Shown here: in pieces, positions 61,392 to 64,000 of the stretch
Layout of the letters: each line of letters opens with the position of its first letter
How positions within the stretch are numbered: position 1 is the stretch's first letter
Assembly (NCBI GenBank): GCA_044222065.1
Contig: JBGAOA010000004.1
Span: 36,363 to 100,362, forward strand
Length of the DNA stretch: 64,000 nucleotides
Source of the DNA: Candidatus Eiseniibacteriota bacterium
GTDB taxonomy: Bacteria; Eisenbacteria; RBG-16-71-46
Direction: 5' to 3'
Translations under genes and position numbers: made by a program
The notes under the pieces: generated by a model
Databases searched by the model: none
What the model was told of the DNA's origin: nothing
The model's input: only the letters and a program-made list of their open reading frames with translations

Positions 61392-63203
61392 ATGGATCGT
61401 CGTACGCTCGTTCTCGTCGTCGTGCTGATCCTGCTGTTCGTCTTCTACCAGCCGCTGCTGCGACTCGCCGGGCTCGGCAAATACCTCGACGCCCCGCGCC
61501 CGTCCGCGACCCAGACCACGCCCGCGCCCGCGGATTCCGCGACGCCCGCGGCTCCGGCGCCCGCCCCCGCGGCGACCGCGGGCGGCGGACCGGGAGCGAC
61601 GCTCGGCGTCACGCCGGTCGCGGCGAACTCCGGCGCGCTCGAACGCACGCTTCATCTCGAGACGCCGCTCTACGACGCGGTGTTCTCGTCGCGCGGCGCG
61701 CGGCTCGTCTCGCTCACGCTCAAGCGTTACGCCTCGCCGCACGGCGTGACGGGCCGCGCGGGTCAGCGCGTCACGGTCAAGCCCGGCGCCGACGTGCCGC
61801 CGGGCGATCGGGTCACGCTCGCCTCGGCGCCGGTGTTCGGCGTGGATCTCGGATCGGGCGCGAACCTGCGCTCGCTCGCCGACGTCGTGTACGAGGTCGA
61901 AGAGCGAAGCGGCGCCGACGGCACGGTCAACGCGCTCGTCTTCAGCGCCCGGGATTCGGCGGGTCTCGAGGTGCGCCAGACGTTCGCCGTCCGGGCGGAC
62001 GACTACGCGCTCGACGTCGCCGTCGAGCTGCGCGGCGTGCCCGCGGCCTGGCGCCTCGCGGACTGGTCGCTCACGACGCGCTCGTGGCCGCTCTTCACCG
62101 AATCCGACCTGAGCGCCGACCACCGGCAGTTGCGCGCGTCGAGCCTCGTCGGCAAGGACGTGTCGCGAAAGGGCTCGGGCGAACTCGCGAAGGGCTTCAC
62201 GAAACCGCTCGAGGGCAACGCGCGCTGGGCCGCGGTGCAGAGCCGCTACTTCGTGAACGCGGTCGCGGTGAAGGACGGGTCCGCGCGCGGCACTCAGCCC
62301 GGCGGCGGCTGGCGCCGGCTCACCGACGACGAGCGCAAGATCCTCGGCCCGAAGGCCAAGGCCGACCAGGAGTACGCGACGAACGCGCTCGTGATGGCGA
62401 TGCCGAGCGAGGTGTCGCCCGCGAACCGCTTCGTGTTGTACGTCGGCCCGCTCGATCACGACCGGCTCGCGAAGCTCGACCTCGAGCTCGAGCACGTCGT
62501 GGACCTCGGACCGAACTGGATGGTCCCGGTGAGCGCGCCGCTGCTCAAGCTGCTCGTGTGGCTCCACGGGCTCGTGCGCAACTACGGACTCGCGATCATC
62601 CTGCTCGCGACGCTCGTGCGCCTCGTGCTCCACCCGCTCAACGTGACGAGCATCAAGAGCATGCGCGCGCTGCAGCGCATCCAGCCGGAACTCGAGCGCC
62701 TGCGCGCCAAGTACAAGAACGACCCGCAGGCGATGAACACGGCGATGATGGCGCTCTACAAGGAGCACAAGGTCAATCCGGCCGGCGGCTGCCTGCCGAT
62801 GCTCGTGCAGATGCCGATCTTCTTCGCGCTGTTCGCGGTGCTGTTCAACGCGATCGAGCTGCGCCAGGCGCCGTTCGTGGGCTGGCTCCACGACCTGTCC
62901 GCGCCCGACGTGCTCATGCAGGTCGCGGGCTTCCCGATCCGCCTGCTGCCCGTGATGATGACGCTGTCGGGGCTGATGCTGCAGCGGATGACGCCGACGA
63001 ACCCCGATCAGGCCCCGACGATGTACATGATGAACGTGTTCATGCTGGTCCTCCTGTACAACAGTCCGTCCGGACTGGTTCTGTACTGGACCGTGCTCAA
63101 CCTGCTGACCGCGCTTCAGCAGTGGCTCGTGATCCGGCAGGACGGCGCTCCGATGCCCGTGCCGGCCGCGAGCGGAGGAAACGCTTCGAAGCGCCGGCCG
63201 TAG
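61392..63203 (+). CDS. yidC: Membrane protein insertase YidC
   Basis: NYGLAIILL, GGCLPMLVQMPIF, PSGLVLYW. Confidence 0.97.
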   Translation: MDRRTLVLVVVLILLFVFYQPLLRLAGLGKYLDAPRPSATQTTPAPADSATPAAPAPAPAATAGGGPGATLGVTPVAANSGALERTLHLETPLYDAVFSSRGARLVSLTLKRYASPHGVTGRAGQRVTVKPGADVPPGDRVTLASAPVFGVDLGSGANLRSLADVVYEVEERSGADGTVNALVFSARDSAGLEVRQTFAVRADDYALDVAVELRGVPAAWRLADWSLTTRSWPLFTESDLSADHRQLRASSLVGKDVSRKGSGELAKGFTKPLEGNARWAAVQSRYFVNAVAVKDGSARGTQPGGGWRRLTDDERKILGPKAKADQEYATNALVMAMPSEVSPANRFVLYVGPLDHDRLAKLDLELEHVVDLGPNWMVPVSAPLLKLLVWLHGLVRNYGLAIILLATLVRLVLHPLNVTSIKSMRALQRIQPELERLRAKYKNDPQAMNTAMMALYKEHKVNPAGGCLPMLVQMPIFFALFAVLFNAIELRQAPFVGWLHDLSAPDVLMQVAGFPIRLLPVMMTLSGLMLQRMTPTNPDQAPTMYMMNVFMLVLLYNSPSGLVLYWTVLNLLTALQQWLVIRQDGAPMPVPAASGGNASKRRP

Positions 63204-63224
63204 CGCCCGGCGGCGATTCCGCCC

Positions 63225-63253
63225 GTGACCTGACCCGGCACGGGCATTAGACT
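63225..63253 (+). promoter_or_regulatory. Putative sigma70 promoter of jag
   Basis: GTGACC-N17-TAGACT. Confidence 0.4.
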
Positions 63254-63430
63254 GGCGCCACCCAACACGGGTGCGCCGCGCCCTCGCGCCCCGGACGCCT
63301 CGTCCGGAACGCCAAGGTCGCGAGACGCGCGCGCCGCGTGCCCGACATCACACCGTGGTTCGCATTCACCGCGCCCAGGGGGAGCACTCGCTCGCACGCT
63401 GGCTTCCCTGCGCGGACGCAGGAGAGACAC

Positions 63431-64000
63431 ATGGGGCCTCAGGGCCAGATCTTCGAGGGCAAGACCCTCGATGAGGCGGTGCGCAAGGGACTCGATTCGC
63501 TCGGTCTGACGCGCGCGGAAGCAATGATCACCATGCTCGAGGAAGGCTCGGGCGGATTCCTCGGATTCGGCGCGCGGCCGTACCGCGTTCGCGTGGTGCC
63601 GCGCCCGGGCGGCGCGATGCGCGAACCGCTCGAGGATCGCGGCGATCGCGATCGCGGCGGGCGCGGACGTCGCGACCGGGATCGCGGACGCGACCGTGGC
63701 CGCGAACGCGGTCGCGGTGGCCGCGACGATCGTCCGAGCGCCGGCGGTCGGCGCGACGAGCGCGGTTCCGGCGAGGATCGGGGACGCGGGGACGACCGCG
63801 GACGCCGCGAGGGCGGACGTGACGACCGCGGCCGCGGCGATCGGCCGCGCCGCGAGGGCGCCGAAGTCGGCGCGGCGCGCGACGACCGTGGTCGCGAGGA
63901 TCGCGGTCCGCGCCGCGACGATCGTCCACGCGACGATCGGGGCCGTGACGATCGTGGTCGCGAAGATCGCGGACCGCGCCGAGAGGATCGCGGGCGCGAC
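63431..64000 (+). CDS. jag: Jag/KhpB (EloR) RNA-binding protein, 3'-truncated by the window edge
   Basis: GKTLDEAVRKGL...EEGSGGFLGFG (Jag_N), then an R/D/G low-complexity linker. Follows yidC. AGGAG RBS. Confidence 0.9.
   Translation, partial: MGPQGQIFEGKTLDEAVRKGLDSLGLTRAEAMITMLEEGSGGFLGFGARPYRVRVVPRPGGAMREPLEDRGDRDRGGRGRRDRDRGRDRGRERGRGGRDDRPSAGGRRDERGSGEDRGRGDDRGRREGGRDDRGRGDRPRREGAEVGAARDDRGREDRGPRRDDRPRDDRGRDDRGREDRGPRREDRGRD

Noticed and set aside
63630..64000. GACGATCG/DDRG-type repeats at the window end
   Set aside because: Low-complexity coding linker of Jag, not a separate repeat element.

Overview
Very GC-rich bacterial chromosome segment. The FlgD-Ig/T9SS-like C-terminal domains and the C-terminal 'TWGxxKxLYR' tails suggest an FCB-group-related lineage such as Ca. 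Eisenbacteria (inference). Contents in order: the 3' part of an FG-GAP protein; a lipoprotein; a cheA-cheW-mcp-cheY-cheB-cheR-cheX operon; a divergent ECF sigma/ZAS anti-sigma pair; a four-gene DUF11 operon; glycosyltransferases; a lower-GC C39-like peptidase/lipoprotein island; a GT51 transglycosylase; queE-queC-queD; MFS, UbiG-like and ABC genes; two TWG-tail secreted proteins; a sigma54 activator next to a candidate sigma54-driven sRNA; an esterase with a duplicated 3' end flanking a cargo gene and an internally deleted IS5 element; a GAF histidine kinase; a HEAT/HD-GYP pair; and rpmH-rnpA-yidD-yidC-jag without dnaA. Main finding: the DUF11 operon (15295-29091) shows a complementary pattern of N-terminal donor beta-hairpins and C-terminally truncated acceptor domains. 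This predicts a head-to-tail, possibly isopeptide-crosslinked pilus with a tip, a shaft, an outer-membrane base and a chaperone-like subunit. Second finding: sigma28-like promoters precede signalling genes whose products mostly end in Ala-Ala. Several genes are broken by small indels, probably assembly errors. All calls come from reading the sequence by eye; no database searches were run.
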